NCBI GenBank assembly: GCA_973895155.1
Contig: OZ316897.1
Coordinates: 17,890,457-17,954,456, forward strand
Reading direction: 5' to 3'
Source: Marsupella aquatica
Taxonomy: Eukaryota; Plantae; Marchantiophyta
DNA length: 64,000 nt
In this document: piece by piece, positions 12,658-26,012 of the stretch
Numbering within the stretch: the stretch's first letter is position 1
Layout: the number at the start of each line of letters is the position of its first letter
The notes under the pieces: generated by a model
The model's input: the letters and a program-made list of their open reading frames with translations, nothing else
Told to the model about the DNA's origin: nothing
The model's database searches: none
Position numbers and translations under genes: made by a program

Positions 12658-15600
12658 CAGTACACTTCAGGGCAATAAGCCAATGAAATGGGCAAAGAAA
12701 TTGGGATTGAAATCAACCCTTTTATTTTTGACAATTATATGTATAAGCCAGCTGGAGCAATAATATAATATCCAGGACAAATATATAGTTAGCCAACTGA
12801 AGGATTTCACATTCAAACCCCAATCTTTAATCTGGGCACTAAGCAAAGGAAGTAAACAACAACTCTTTTGAAACCTATTTGGGACATTTTGTAAATTAAG
12901 AGTTCCAATTGACTGCCAGCAGATCATCAAGATTGAACAGTCGCCTAATGAAGACGTAGGGATATTGATTATTAATAAGCCAACAAAATGAACGACAAGA
13001 TAATATTCAATTGGAATTCTTTAGCCAGACTAAGACTGAGTAGTGTCAACGATGTAGCATGTTATTGTAGTTTTTCATATAAATGGTCAATCATGTTGAT
13101 CAATTAAACAGTAATTACTATGTGATCTCACCCAAACATATGTTTTGTGTTGTCCGTTTTAATTAGTTAATGATTGGGTTTTTAGCATGAGCCAAACCTC
13201 CCCTCACTTGGCTCTAAACTTATGTGCTCAAATATTCTTGACAACATGGTAAAGATGATGACACTGCCACAAGAACACTTGAGATGTCTGAACAGCTTCC
13301 TTGCCTCACCAGCATTACTTGCCTGGCCTTGACATCTCGCTTGACATTCTTCGTGCAAGGTATGGGTATTGGGCTAGTGATCACACTTATAATTGTGAAA
13401 CAATTTATTAGTTTACAACGGGCAAAGCACAGGTGCCAAGATGCAAAAACATGTGAAGGTAGAACATGGTATTGATATATTGAAAGATGTCAAGCTGTGA
13501 ACCTGAATGATGCTGGGTGTTTCAGAGGAGAGAGAGGCAGCGAGGCGCACTGAGGTGCTTGCAATGGGAGGGACACTGTCTTGTGGACGTGAGGGGAGGG
13601 TTTGGGGGGGGGGGGGGGTGAGGTTTGAGGCTCCCATGAAACCCCTGGCCCTCCCCTAGAGACCTTTCCCCTTTTCATTTCCTTGCCTTAGCTTCCCTCT
13701 TCCACCACTCCCTTCCCCTCCATCCCCTTTTCCCTCCTCCCTCTATGCTCCAATCCTCAACTCCCCCGCTCCGATGGCCCTGACCCCCTTCCCCCACACC
13801 CCATGTATGTCAGTTTACCACAAAAAATTTGCAAACAAATTAATTCTTTACTATAGTTTTTGATAAGCATTGAATTGGTCCTTTTCAAGTAAGTTAAGGA
13901 TTTGTCATTAGTAAATTAAAGATGTGCTCTGTTGTATGTTGGTGTCCCAAATTAAACATTCAAATGAAGTGACTTGTACAATATACCTTAAGTCTATAAT
14001 TGTTCTCTTTCGCATTGTTAGGGTGCATGCCTATTAGATTAGTTTTCTTTCTGGTGAGATATATGTGTAGGTCCTTGTTTAGTTATATATATACACCAGG
14101 AGATGTTGTTTCAAACTTGTTTCAGCAAGGCAACTTACTCACCTAGGTAATAACCATTGGATGTATATTGTGTCTGAGAGATGTCGGAGAGGCCCGTAGA
14201 GAGGCTCTGCCTTTAACGGATGTTTTCAACTACTATGTACACAAGAACAGAGTTTTAATTTCAGCTTGCTTCAAGGAGGAATTTGGACCAAATGACAACT
14301 GAAAGTGGAGTTCCCTTTGTTTCAAATTATGCAAATGCCTGGATGTTTCTGTCATTGCATGAAAATGACTTCTCTAGGAATTTAACCTATTTAGTAGGCT
14401 CAATCTGTCTTGTGTATGTAAGAAATGACATTGATCTGGTGAATGTCAAATTCATTATTTTCATTTCATTATTTTTCAAGCAAGCTAATACAAGCACTAC
14501 AGCAGCCAGGAGGATGAGAAAGGCCAAAATATAATGCCTTCAAAAAATAGCAGCGAAAAGCAGACTCAAGCATCGCAAGGACAATGCAACCAAAGTCGCC
14601 CCACCAAACCCACCAAAGAGTAAAAAAAATTAATCCTCCACAATCTTCACGTACAGGCTCCGACATGAGATGTCAGCAAGGGGTATACCCTCAATTATGT
14701 TGTGAAGAGGCCACAATGGGGTAGTAGGCTAGTGTTTCCAAAAAAGTCACTAAGAGACATCCAATATGGTAATATCTAACCTTTAGCGAGGGATGACACA
14801 AATGCAATAAATCAGAGCAATTATACTAGCATAAGTGACAAGCCAGATGCCATTTAATAATGAGCGCATTCAACGATGTGGGTATTTAGACCTTTCCTTA
14901 ATATATAGAAGGGATGAGTGATTTATACATATATGTTTCAGGTACCAATTTGACCTCAATGCTTGAGACAAGACACAACATAGATTTATGTTGAGATGTA
15001 TCCCGCTCATGGTACTATATATCTCTATCAAGGTCTGGAATTAATATCAAGTAGTTAATCTATGGTCAAACCAAATATGGTCCTTCACACAGTGACATAT
15101 TTGGCTTGATATTTCCATGTCATATTGAGATGAACCATTAACCAGAAAGTGCATGTGGCAAATGAATTACGGAACGTACTGATAAAACATTGGAAGAAGT
15201 TGGATGGAAAGTCATGGATATTTTTTGGAGGACAAAGAGGGCAATCAGGATGAATCTTCCTTCTCATTTGCTGCTTAATTCTGCAACAAGTGGCAACGGG
15301 TCCAATACAAGGGTATATCCTTGTTACAGTCCACGTTTCCCATTTATATTTTGTAGATCTGGATAATTTTCCCAATGAGTGCAACACGGTTGTTAAGTGC
15401 AGTTGGAGTCCTTCTTCAAGAGCTAGAGTCCACAACTTTGAAACACTGGACCTCGTTGAATTTGTGGTGGAGCTAGTACATCAGATCTACCTGAGGCTAT
15501 GGACTGTGAGAAGTTGATCATGCCTAGATAACGACAGTTTGGATGGATCCTAGCTGGATAAATCCAGGCGGAGCTATCGGGGGAACTAATGAAGTCACCT

Positions 15601-15769
15601 ACATAGGTGTGTGCTTTCGCATCAATAAGCCACCAACTAGATTTAACAGCAATCCCCACTTGGTTTGATAGCATTTTGGTTCGCCATTTGTGTCAACTAC
15701 CAGATTCCTAGCGAACCATGATGACTTTTTGTTTGTTTTGGCTTAATGACTTTTTGTTTTTTTCTGCTT

Positions 15770-15930
15770 AAGCCACCTGTTGTACTGACTTAATAAAGCA
15801 AAATTTCTGATTCCCAACTATGACGGCTTCTGTTTGTCTGTTGTGTAGTACGCCAGAGCCACCTGTTATACGGACTGAGTAAAGCTAAATTTCTGATTCC
15901 CCACTATGACGGCTACGCTAAAGCCACCTG
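15770..15930. repeat. ~87-bp tandem repeat
   Basis: AGCCACCTGTT...AAATTTCTGATTCCC.ACTATGACGGCT occurs twice, with the start of a third unit. Confidence 0.75.
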
Positions 15931-16279
15931 GACTTAATTAAATTAAACAATAATTTCAAGAGCATCTTAGCAATGCGCGGCGGCATTCTGACAAAACAGT
16001 CTACTAACTAGTAAAGCGCATCTGTACGTAGATTAGGCAGCTATACTCTCACACATATATATATGCTACGAAGCTAACAATTACTAAAGAGCATCTCTAG
16101 ATCAGGCTAATATACTAGCATACATATATACACGTAGTATGCAGTGTTCTATTGGTCAATTAATAGCCTTGTTCTCTATAGCTAGTTGTGCACTAGATTA
16201 ATTAGTCTTCATTACTAGAACTGTGTAGGACGTACATCCAGGAATCGAGCCTTGTACTTATTTGTCATTCAGAATTGAA

Positions 16280-16545
16280 ATTTAACTTACGCGCGAGATT
16301 AGTGTTTAATGAAAGATTTGAAATTTTAATTGCCTTGCTTCCTCCAGCCGGCCTTTATCAAAATAAAGTGATCTCAAATTGCAAGACGTCTACGTTTCAA
16401 CTTTGACCTTCTAATTACTTATTATTGAGAATTGTAATTTGCCTCACGCGCGAGATCGAAAATTAAAGAGATTTGAATGTGTAACTACCTTGCTCCTTCC
16501 AGCCGCACCTTGAACTAATTAACAAGAACTATTCAAATTCTAAGA
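16280..16545. repeat. ~157-bp tandem repeat upstream of the SAM-domain gene
   Basis: ACGCGCGAGAT...AGATTTGAA...CCTTGCT..TCCAGCCG occurs twice. Confidence 0.65.
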
Positions 16546-16708
16546 TTGCCTTAGCTAGGCGCGCGCAAAGATGATTCTCAGTTTGAGAAAGGATAGGACT
16601 GTCGGGTCAAGCCCATGTTTAACGCGTTCAGGGCCTGATTCAGTTTCATTGTCTATGATTCTCTTTCACATTTGAGAGCCATCTCAATCTTGCTCAATTC
16701 TAGAATCA

Positions 16709-19700
16709 TGAGTCTCCTAGCTAGCACTACTGTCGAAGTTGGTTCTGTTGTGACTAAACTCCTCAACAGTGATCGATATCTCCAAGGATTCCATGATCAG
16801 GCCATAGATGGTTCGATATTCATATGTTCTGAAGAGGAGGTGGATAGTTTACTAAAAGAAGCAGGAGTCCAAATTAATGGCTGGCCATAGGATCAAGATC
16901 AGAAAATGGGTCGCGCAGTGCAAGAGTAGTGGCCGCTTGCTTCAAGAATTGGAATTCTCACCACCAACAAATGTTCACTCTACCTGGCAAACAGACGCCT
17001 CCGGAGTGCACTTGAATCCTGTCTACAAGCAAGAGTCAATTGAGGGAAAAGTACTAAGACAGCCACCGGTTTGTTTTCCGGTCAATGAGTTGTCAAAAAT
17101 GGCAGCAGTTCGGGACAAGGTACGTACACAGAGGTAGTCATTTCAACTCTACTGCTACTGTCGCCATATATTTTTAATCACTGCTGAAATGTGCCAACTA
17201 TTTCTGAGTACTCAATCAACCTCTCATGTTGCCCTTGTGTAGTTCCCGACATATGAAGACATTTTCAAGGACAAAGCACATGGGCGGAAGATACTGAAGA
17301 GATTTCCAGGAGCCCACCATGCCTACAATGACAACATGGCGGCCATTAGGAGGTGGCTTACTGATATTCAAGCCGATGATAACCTACAAAGTATCATGAT
17401 GAAGGATTTCAAAAGATGTGAGAGCGTCAAGGAATCCTGCAAGGAGTATGCCAAAACAAGAATGAGTGAATTACGTCCTCTGATCTTCTGTGATGAGAAA
17501 ACTGGGGAGACAAAGATTCTGCACATGCAATTCAATGAGGTCTACCAAGCGATTAAGAACAGGAAGCATGAGCTCAAGAAATCTGAAAAGCGGAAGCATA
17601 ATTTATTGAGTAAGTTTTCATTTGCATGGATTCTTCATATGTCAAATTGCCATGCGCATGTTTTGCCATTAACATGTCATTTTCAAATGATGCGTACATG
17701 CAGGTACATTGATTAACTAGATCAACTTATCAGTACATGACATTGGATCCTTGCCCATTCTTATGCAGGTCTCCCTTCAAACGTCATTGATCTAGAAGAG
17801 TCTCAGATCAATGACATGTCACAAGAGAATTCAGACGAGGTGGAATTGCTACGATTGAGTCAAGATCCCCGTGTGGAGATGAAGCTCATTGCTGTGAGAA
17901 AGCAACTATCCATTGAAGAAATCTGTGAACGAGAGAACTTTGAGTCAAGCTTGTCATTTCACTCTGATGGTTGTGCAAGATTTGGCAGGGGGAAAGTTCT
18001 CAGCATTGCACAGAGAAATCCATTCAAGATGTACGAAGTCAAGGTAACTTTGCTGGAACCAGAAACCAGGAGTTATGGCGTTGACGGTATTGCTGGACAT
18101 TACATACCTTGTGGGCACTTCGGCAAATACTATGATACCACAATTTCTATGGTCAAGCTGGTAAAGTTCTACCCATGTGTTATTTAAATTAGATCAAATT
18201 CTAGGGTGTACGTAGAAAGTTCGGTCCGGTCAAATTCATTTAATTTTGAAATAGTTTTCATTTTGAACAATCAATTGTGGGCCGGGCTCATCAATAGATA
18301 TATTTATCGCAGATCATTCAATCATGCATCGATCTATGTGTACATACATACCATGCATGGGAGCTCTGAATTCTAATATACTGTACATGTCTGTGTTGTG
18401 CAGGGGGACACGATTGAAATAGCTTCTGTTTATACTCAGATGGATCCTACTCCGCCCACTAAGTGGCCCTGGGTTGATACAAAATACTTGACACCGGCAC
18501 AACAAAATATTGAAGAGCTTGATAAGTTGTTGGGTAGGCCGGAGTCTACGGAAGATGAAGGTGTATCACAATACACTAAGCCCGAATTACCTTCATTTGG
18601 TACCGGGTCCAATTCCAACAGGGCTACAGCACCTGGCCGAGAAAATTCATTTGGTAGTGGGTCCAATTCCAACCGGACTACAACACTTGGCCGGGGAAAC
18701 TGCAGGCAATATTGTGCCATCCCCAACTCCAACACCAAGGGCGGGCATATCATCTCATAGTGGAAGTGACCAGAGCCCTGCTAGGTTACAACACAATATT
18801 TCGCGTCGCAATACTCTTTCGCCAACTCCAGCATCAACTCAGACCATATCTTCCCACAATGGAAATCTGATCGGTCGGGCTACATCACACAATCTTTGTT
18901 CTAGCACATTGCCATCGCCAACACCAGCTCATCCCACTATCTCACACTCTTCAATGTCGCCCTCACCTTCTCACGGCATTGTGTCACAGTTGTGTCACAG
19001 TCTTCGATGACTCCTAATCACAGTTCGTGTAAGGATATCTTGAAATCCTCAATGGCGGATGATGTGCGAAGTCCTCCAAGGAAAAAGAGTCCACAGGTAA
19101 TTGCTTGATGACGTTTGTGCAGTCGTAACAGGTGATCAGGTTGGTTTAGTGTTAACATAGATAAATCAAATATTCGTTGTATACTAGCTAAACAGTATTA
19201 GTTATATATATACTGATTGAAGTCCATTAACTTGTGAAATCTTTTGTACAATTAGAAGTGCAGTTGACATTGAGAAGTGCAGTTGACATTGAGTCCGATG
19301 GAAGATGATATCAACAATGAAAATCGTCATCCAAATCTGGTGTTTGAGCGTCGCTCAAGTAAAGCAAAACAGATTAGTAACAAGGTATTGCAATTCAGTG
19401 CGATTTCAACCCAAGAAGAAGATCGACAACATTTTCAGCAACTACTGAATGGAAAATCTGCAGGCCAGGTTGTTATTAATCCCTTCAATTTGTGGATATT
19501 TCATCAGTCTTGTTGCAAGTACATACTGTTGTCTTGTGCAGGCTATATAGTCTGGCTGCTAGTCCTCCTAGCCTCGGTCCATACTCCATTGAGTTCGCAA
19601 ATTAACTCTCTTCCACAATGATCTGTTCTAAAGTCCAGTTGTATGACAGGACTAGGATAGGGACTAACTGGCCAATTAATTCAATTCAATATATATATGC

Positions 19701-20078
19701 ATTGTCTGATATTTTTGTGTTGTCATGTATGCCCAGGTAAAAGTGGCCAGCACAACTTCAGATCTCACTTCAGATATAATTTCCGTGGAGCGGCTTACAC
19801 ATAGCGCAGTTGTCAACATTTGCATCATGGTGATGAATGCAGTGAATGAGAAGGATATGGAAACCAACGTTGCTGCATGGATTGCTAAGAAGAATAGTAC
19901 CTGCAAAGGTCCTAAACCCTTTCATGGACACAAGGATTTCAGTATTCGACAGAAAATGCAGCTGGTTGCTTCATGGGCCCTAAGCAAGAGTGGTACATTA
20001 CAGGTTGTCAATCCACCTCCCTTGCAGCAAGGGACACAGCATTTGACACCAGATAACTTACGATTCATCACCACATAA
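16709..20078 (+). pseudogene. Multi-exon gene with N-terminal SAM domain; possible transposon accessory protein; frameshifted
   Basis: YLQGFHDQAIDGSIFICSEEEVDSLLKEAGVQ + MAGHRIKIRKWV resembles the SAM consensus (F...IDG..L....L..LG....GHR.KI) across a 1-nt frameshift at ~16872-16877. In-frame GT-AG exons 17243-17609, 17769-18160 and from 18404; last exon about 19737-20078. Further disruptions in the Ser/Pro-rich exon. Confidence 0.6.
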
Positions 20079-21666
20079 TCATTTTTGTTACGTACTCTTG
20101 TCATTCTGAGTTTAGTTAAAGAACGATATATACTATATCACTTTTTTTGCGAGCCAATCCAGGCAGAACTCAATCTCGATCATTTGTGGTAATAGCTAGG
20201 ATCGAGTCGACTTAAATTAGCATTTGTTCCACTAACGAAGGGTTAATATATACAATCGCGTTGGTAGATTAATACATTATTATAACGTACATGTACCTGA
20301 CCCCAGTTTTCAGGCTAGCTAGGTGCGCCATATATAGGCCATATATAAGTATTTATGGATTGATCAGGGCCCTAATGAACAGCCCGGCCTGAAAAACTAT
20401 TCAGTTATGTTAGCAAATATAGTCTTTTTGTGACCTGGAATCGATCCATAGCTAGCTCAGCAATATTAATGATTGTGTGTATACGGCTGATTGAAATTTC
20501 AAGTTACTGGACATAGAAGATCTTATATTAATGTGCCTCCTAATATACTAATGAATGCATAGAGGTTCCATTCTGCTTCTAGATATATAGATACCTTATG
20601 TTTGTGGTTGAGAATGTATAGCTTGAATGGTGCGTGACCAGATTTGATGAATGGAACGCAGTATGAATATAATGTATAGGTCTCTCCATTAACTTCTTCA
20701 GCTAGAATTTCTCAGTGCAGTTAAGCTGTGGATTGAGACATCCCTCTGCAGGTCGACTCCATGCCCGGCCCATCTGAGCTTAATTAAGGTCTAGCTCAGT
20801 TTGATGATCAATGCACATATATATAGTCTAGCTTCCATAAAATTGAGCAGGGCAGGCAGCTAGGCTGTTTATGTAGTTAGCATGTTCAATTACATATATA
20901 CAACAGATGACACTGAAGTTGTAGCTTGGTGACTGATCACTTATTTCTGATGAAGATTGATCGGGTCTCCATCTATCAATCAAATGTACCATTGATTGCC
21001 GATCAATTGAATAAATCAATGCATGTTTACTAATCTGGATTTTGATCATGTTGACGAATCATTTAGATGCATGTACATAAGTACAGATTTAGTGGGTTAC
21101 TTTACGCAAGGTGCAAACAGAGGAGATAAAGCACAATCATTACAAAAATCCCAGGAGATCGATACGTGTAAGACTTCTGTCAAAAAAATAAGTTATCCAC
21201 TTTCTCACACATGACTATTGTGGGAAAGAGCTTGAATACAAAAGAGGTTAAACGTCAAAACAAACTAGGAAAGAGCTAAAGTACATCTCTAATATTCTAG
21301 GGGACCTCGTAAGTCACACATCAAAGAAGGAGATTTCTCACTTTTTTATGCTTGAAATACAGAAGCACCTTGGATGATAAGTGTGAGAATTAAACACAGC
21401 CATAAACAAAACTGTGGCAATGCTGAATACCCAGGATAGAACCTCGGGAACAAAACTTGGAGGAGGACCAAAACACACCATTAACATTGAAGGAGATCCT
21501 TCAAGTCCCACGTAATTGGTGGGGGGGGGGGGGGGGGAGCTGGGGCGGAAACTTCAGGAAATGCAAAATTCATACAATTAAAGAAATAAAATCCCACAAA
21601 CAAACCATCTGTACGAATTCTAAACACGAATTCTAAACTCCGGCTTGGAGATCTTGATAATCACAT

Positions 21667-21832
21667 AGAATTGAGTCCTCTGCGTACATAGGAAAAACTT
21701 AAACCACCAAGTGAGATCATTGTTGGGACCCCTTAAAGCCCCCCAAAGACTTGAGAATTGAGTCCACTGCGAACGTAGGAAAAACTTAAACCATCAAGTG
21801 AGATCATTGTTGGGATTCCTTAAAGTCCCCAA
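21667..21832. repeat. ~88-bp tandem duplication
   Basis: AGAATTGAGTCC.CTGCG..C.TAGGAAAAACTTAAACCA.CAAGTGAGATCATTGTTGGGA occurs twice. Confidence 0.85.
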
Positions 21833-23629
21833 AGGCGATCTCCCGAGGAATCATACCTTGCACAGTGGGGGATTCTCCTACAATAAGCAACGTGGGTTCA
21901 TCTAAAAAATCCCTGAAAGCATCGAGGGCACTTGTGACATAGCATACAGGGGAAATTTACCCTGATGTCAGCAACATCAGTTCCCACTTTAACTCAAAAC
22001 TGGGAGAACCTCCTGTTTGCAAAAGTGGGAGTGTGTCCAATTCAACCACTTTGCGCGTTCTCCTACATCTTTGTTAAAATGATAGGAGAAACCTTAACAA
22101 AGCAGGAGTATGTCCCACATGGGAAGGCGGTAGATTTGCCTTGTGTACGTCCTGATATAAAATGGACGCATCTTAAAATTAATGTTGCCTGGTATGTGAC
22201 TTCCCTGATATATATGATCGAACAGTACGAGAGGGGTCTTGATTGTAGCATCTTGACATACCTTTAAATTCAAGGAAATTCAGCACTTCCCTTCAATTAT
22301 TTGGCAATTAGGGTAGCTTAAATAGAAGAAATATCAGATCCCTGAATCAGTGACATGCAAGAGAACAGTAAGCAATGGAAATGCTTACCTCTATCTCCTA
22401 AACCCTAAACTCCTCGGCTTGAATAAGCACGTACACCAAATCTCGACAGCAATCTTGTAAGCGTCAATGCTTAAGTCCAAGTGCACAAAAAAGCATCAGG
22501 CACCGGAACACTTTGCTGAATGATGCAGGCCAAATGGAGAAGCCAGGCTTAAATGAACATAGCACGGAGAAACGGCGCAATGATAGCCCCGGCTCAGTGA
22601 CTAAGGACAGGCATTGCGGACTTTGTTACGGACAGAGTGACCTTGCTTGCATGCTGACTTAGAGGGACAGTGCCTTTGATGTGTTACTGACTCTTGGAAC
22701 TGGCTTCACGAGTGAGGAAAGGTAGTTTCAATAATGTGTTACTGGTTACTGGGACTGGGCTCACGAGTAAGGACCGGTCCGATAATGTGTTACTGACTAT
22801 CGGCTCACGCGCAAAAGCTAGTGTGAGTAATATATTTGTTATCTGTAAATTTCACACTAAATTCCTTTAGTAAACCACTAAAGACTACGGACTTAATTTA
22901 GGTACATGGTGTAAAGTATGATAACTTCAGAATATATATGTGCAATAAAATTGTCCGGCTACTAATTGTAACCAAAGGCATTTTAAAAATTAACTTTTGA
23001 CAAAAATTTAGAATTTTTATATTTAATAAGGTATTTAAAAACTTTGCAAAGTTATATTATATAGGGTAGAAGGGTTTTTTAATTCAATTTCTTTTTAAAA
23101 ATATTTCTTTTAATCTTATTCTTTGTTCTCACATATAACACTAAGTGATGCCCAGGTTGTACATACAGTTGTTTGCTCCTGTATTAAAAAAGTTGCATAA
23201 TTTGGCTTTGATCAAGATTTTACACATAAAACAAAGGTTTTATTTATATTTTTGAATTCTTTGAGTTTAGTGGTACAATAGTTATAAGACTAAATTTAAA
23301 CTTCAGATGGTCAATTGGATATAAAGCAGCAGTAGGAATTAAAAACTTGCCTTAGGGTAGGGTTATTATGTGCAGCAGGTTGGTCTTTTGGTTTAGGTAA
23401 GCACCCTTACACTCAGGTTATTTTTCATAGAAAGGAGTAGGGGCCAAGTTGGACCTGCAGTGCAAAAGTACACAGTCAGCAAGACCCGTAAGTAAGGGAG
23501 GGAGTGCCAGGCTGGACCAACCAAGTCACCTAGATATAAAAAAACATGCTTTGACTTGTGAAAAATACCTTGCAAGAGAGTGAGACCAAGATGGGCCCAC
23601 CAAGCAGCCACGAAAGCGGGGTGTGTGGC

Positions 23630-23960
23630 ATGCTGGACCAACCAAGCCAGCTAGGCACACAAGCAGACTAAGACTAGGGCTAGTAAGAATGATCGGACGG
23701 GAGGCAGGGGAGGGATGGATGGTTGGGATTGAGGGGCCGGTCAGATGGGAGGGGCCAGTCGGATGGAAAGCGGAGCCTGCACCAACCAAGCCAGCTCGGC
23801 ACACAAGCACACTGAGACTAGGGCTAGTAAGGATGATCGGACGGGAGGCAGGACGGGGAGGGAGGGATGGATGGATCGGATGGAGGGGCCGGTCGGATGG
23901 GAGGGGCCAGTAGGATGGAAGGCCGAGTTTGAACCAACCAAGAAGCCTGGGCACAAAAGC
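23630..23960. repeat. ~144-bp GC/purine-rich tandem repeat
   Basis: ACCAACCAAGCCAGCT.GGCACACAAGCA.ACT.AGACTAGGGCTAGTAAG.ATGATCGGACGGGAGGCAGG occurs twice plus a partial third copy. Confidence 0.8.
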
Positions 23961-24024
23961 ACCTCACACCAAGCCGGGAAGGCACGGATCGAGGGAGAAA
24001 GGGAAGATACAGGAACTAGCTCCA

Positions 24025-24033
24025 CTATATAAA
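24025..24033 (+). promoter_or_regulatory. Candidate TATA box upstream of the AP2-like locus
   Basis: CTATATAAA just downstream of a GC-rich repeat block; position only. Confidence 0.35.
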
Positions 24034-26012
24034 GAGAAAGCCAAACAAGGCGACACTTACAATTGACGAAACGAAATTTAGGTCAAGTCAGCTCGCACTC
24101 GTGAACTAATCGCGGCGCAGACGGTTCGTTCACAGTACTTCAGAGAGGCAGGGTTCTTCTAACTCCCTCTTGTGTTATCTTTTTACTTGTTGAGGGGTCT
24201 TGATTGTAGCATCTTGTGAAGCTAGTTAGCTTAGATCGAGCACCAGATCGGAACACCCTGTACCCGAGTGACCTCGAGTCCCTTCTTCTAGTCAAAATAG
24301 CCACAGAAAATAACTGCTATGTCGCGGCTAACAATATGGCCTGTTAAGAATCCCTCCATAGGTTTTTTCAAAGTAACTGGCGGGGCAACGGGAGACTCCA
24401 GAACGGCTTCAGCCGTGACTACTGCACAAACATGTTGATTTCGAGATGTAGCGATGTGTTGCAGAGTGCAGTTCGCCTGTGGATTTGATTTGCATTTATG
24501 TTTCTAATCCATTCACTTTGCCCAACTTGTTCTTTACTAGGTCGCCTATGTACACAGGAAGAGAGATATATACAAGACCGCTCGTGCGCACTGCTTAAGA
24601 GAGGTAAGCTTCTTCTATTGATTCCTCCTTCGATATGTCTTAGCATTTTACTTGTTCAGGTGTCTAATATTACGTCATTTGAAGTCAGCTTAGAGCAGTC
24701 GAGTTCGAGCACTCCCACCACCCAGTACGTGACCTAAGTACACATCACTATGTACATCTCTTTTGTGCAGCCAGCTAATTAGTCATGCTTCCACTAAATA
24801 TGCAAGCTAGGTCATGGAGCACCGTAGATTCCATGTGGAGGACGCCACGACTACATTGAAGAACCTGTTGGAGGGTCTCTAGGGGCCACCCAGCAGCAAA
24901 GCAAATAGTCCGTATTTTCTGACTCTAATTTGACCACATCCCTGTGAGATTGATGCATGCAGGGGACTACCCGTAGCGCATAGTTAAAGGACGTACTCAC
25001 ATAGAAGCATCTCATCCACTGAGTCAGATAGTCGACTGCATTTGATAAAAATGAAGACAGAAATACCGAACTATATTGATAGTTTGCTGTCATTTGGCCC
25101 CCCTAGGGGATATATCCCTCTTAGGGTTCTTCAGTGTAGCTAGCTAGCTAGTAGGTGACATACTCCTACACATGTAGCGGTGTGTGTAGTGGAACTGCAC
25201 TAAGTGCCAATTTGATCTTTTGATGTGGTTTTCTGCTCCTAGGGTTTCTGATTGTGAGTTCACTTTTGTAAAACTTCCCTTTTTAAGTTCCGTTCGTTCA
25301 CGTACCCAACGGTTTTCATACATGTTGATTATTTTGTCCTGTGTCTTAGTTAGCACTATACTCGTTGAGGGATCGGAGCACCCCACTCAGTGAGCTAGAT
25401 AGTCGATTGCATCTCGTTCAAAATAATAGTAAGGAAGTACTGACTATGTAGTTCCGGATGTAGTTCCTGCTATGTGGCAACCAGAGGACCCCTTCACAGG
25501 CTCTTCCATGTACCCGCGCTATCCTACAAATAGAGTAGACAGTGCTCCTAGCCTTAAACTTGGATCGGTAGCTGCAGGCCCAAACGAAGTTCGAGTCATA
25601 TAAGTCTAATGCACAATAATGTTGATATCGAGATTTAGTGCCGTAGTGCAGAGTGCATGTAGTGCCCCTAGCTAAGGAGATGGTCTTAATTTCCAAATTG
25701 ACAATTATGCATATATTCTATCATGCTGTTATATAAGCACCGGGTAGTGATTTCATTTTCCTGGGTTTAGAAGACATCATAAAATGTTAATTATCTTCAA
25801 TCATTGTTTTTTAGAGAAATAATAGGAGTAGGCTAGAATGTAGCAAACCAATGGAGCTAAATTGGCATGTGGAGACAAAAACCTATCAAATGTTCTTTTC
25901 TGGAATTTTTGATAGTGAATTCTCTGTTCATCTATATTCAGAGGTTTGCGTATGTTTTTCAATGTTCATAGTCCCCAGCAAAATGACTTTTAAGACTATT
26001 GGGGCAGATTGA

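Noticed and set aside
21520-21537. Long G homopolymer (also ~13605-13618)
   Set aside because: Simple repeat of uncertain length with no supporting context.
23526-24032. Overlapping ORFs on both strands
   Set aside because: They arise from a GC-rich tandem repeat and show no domain signal.
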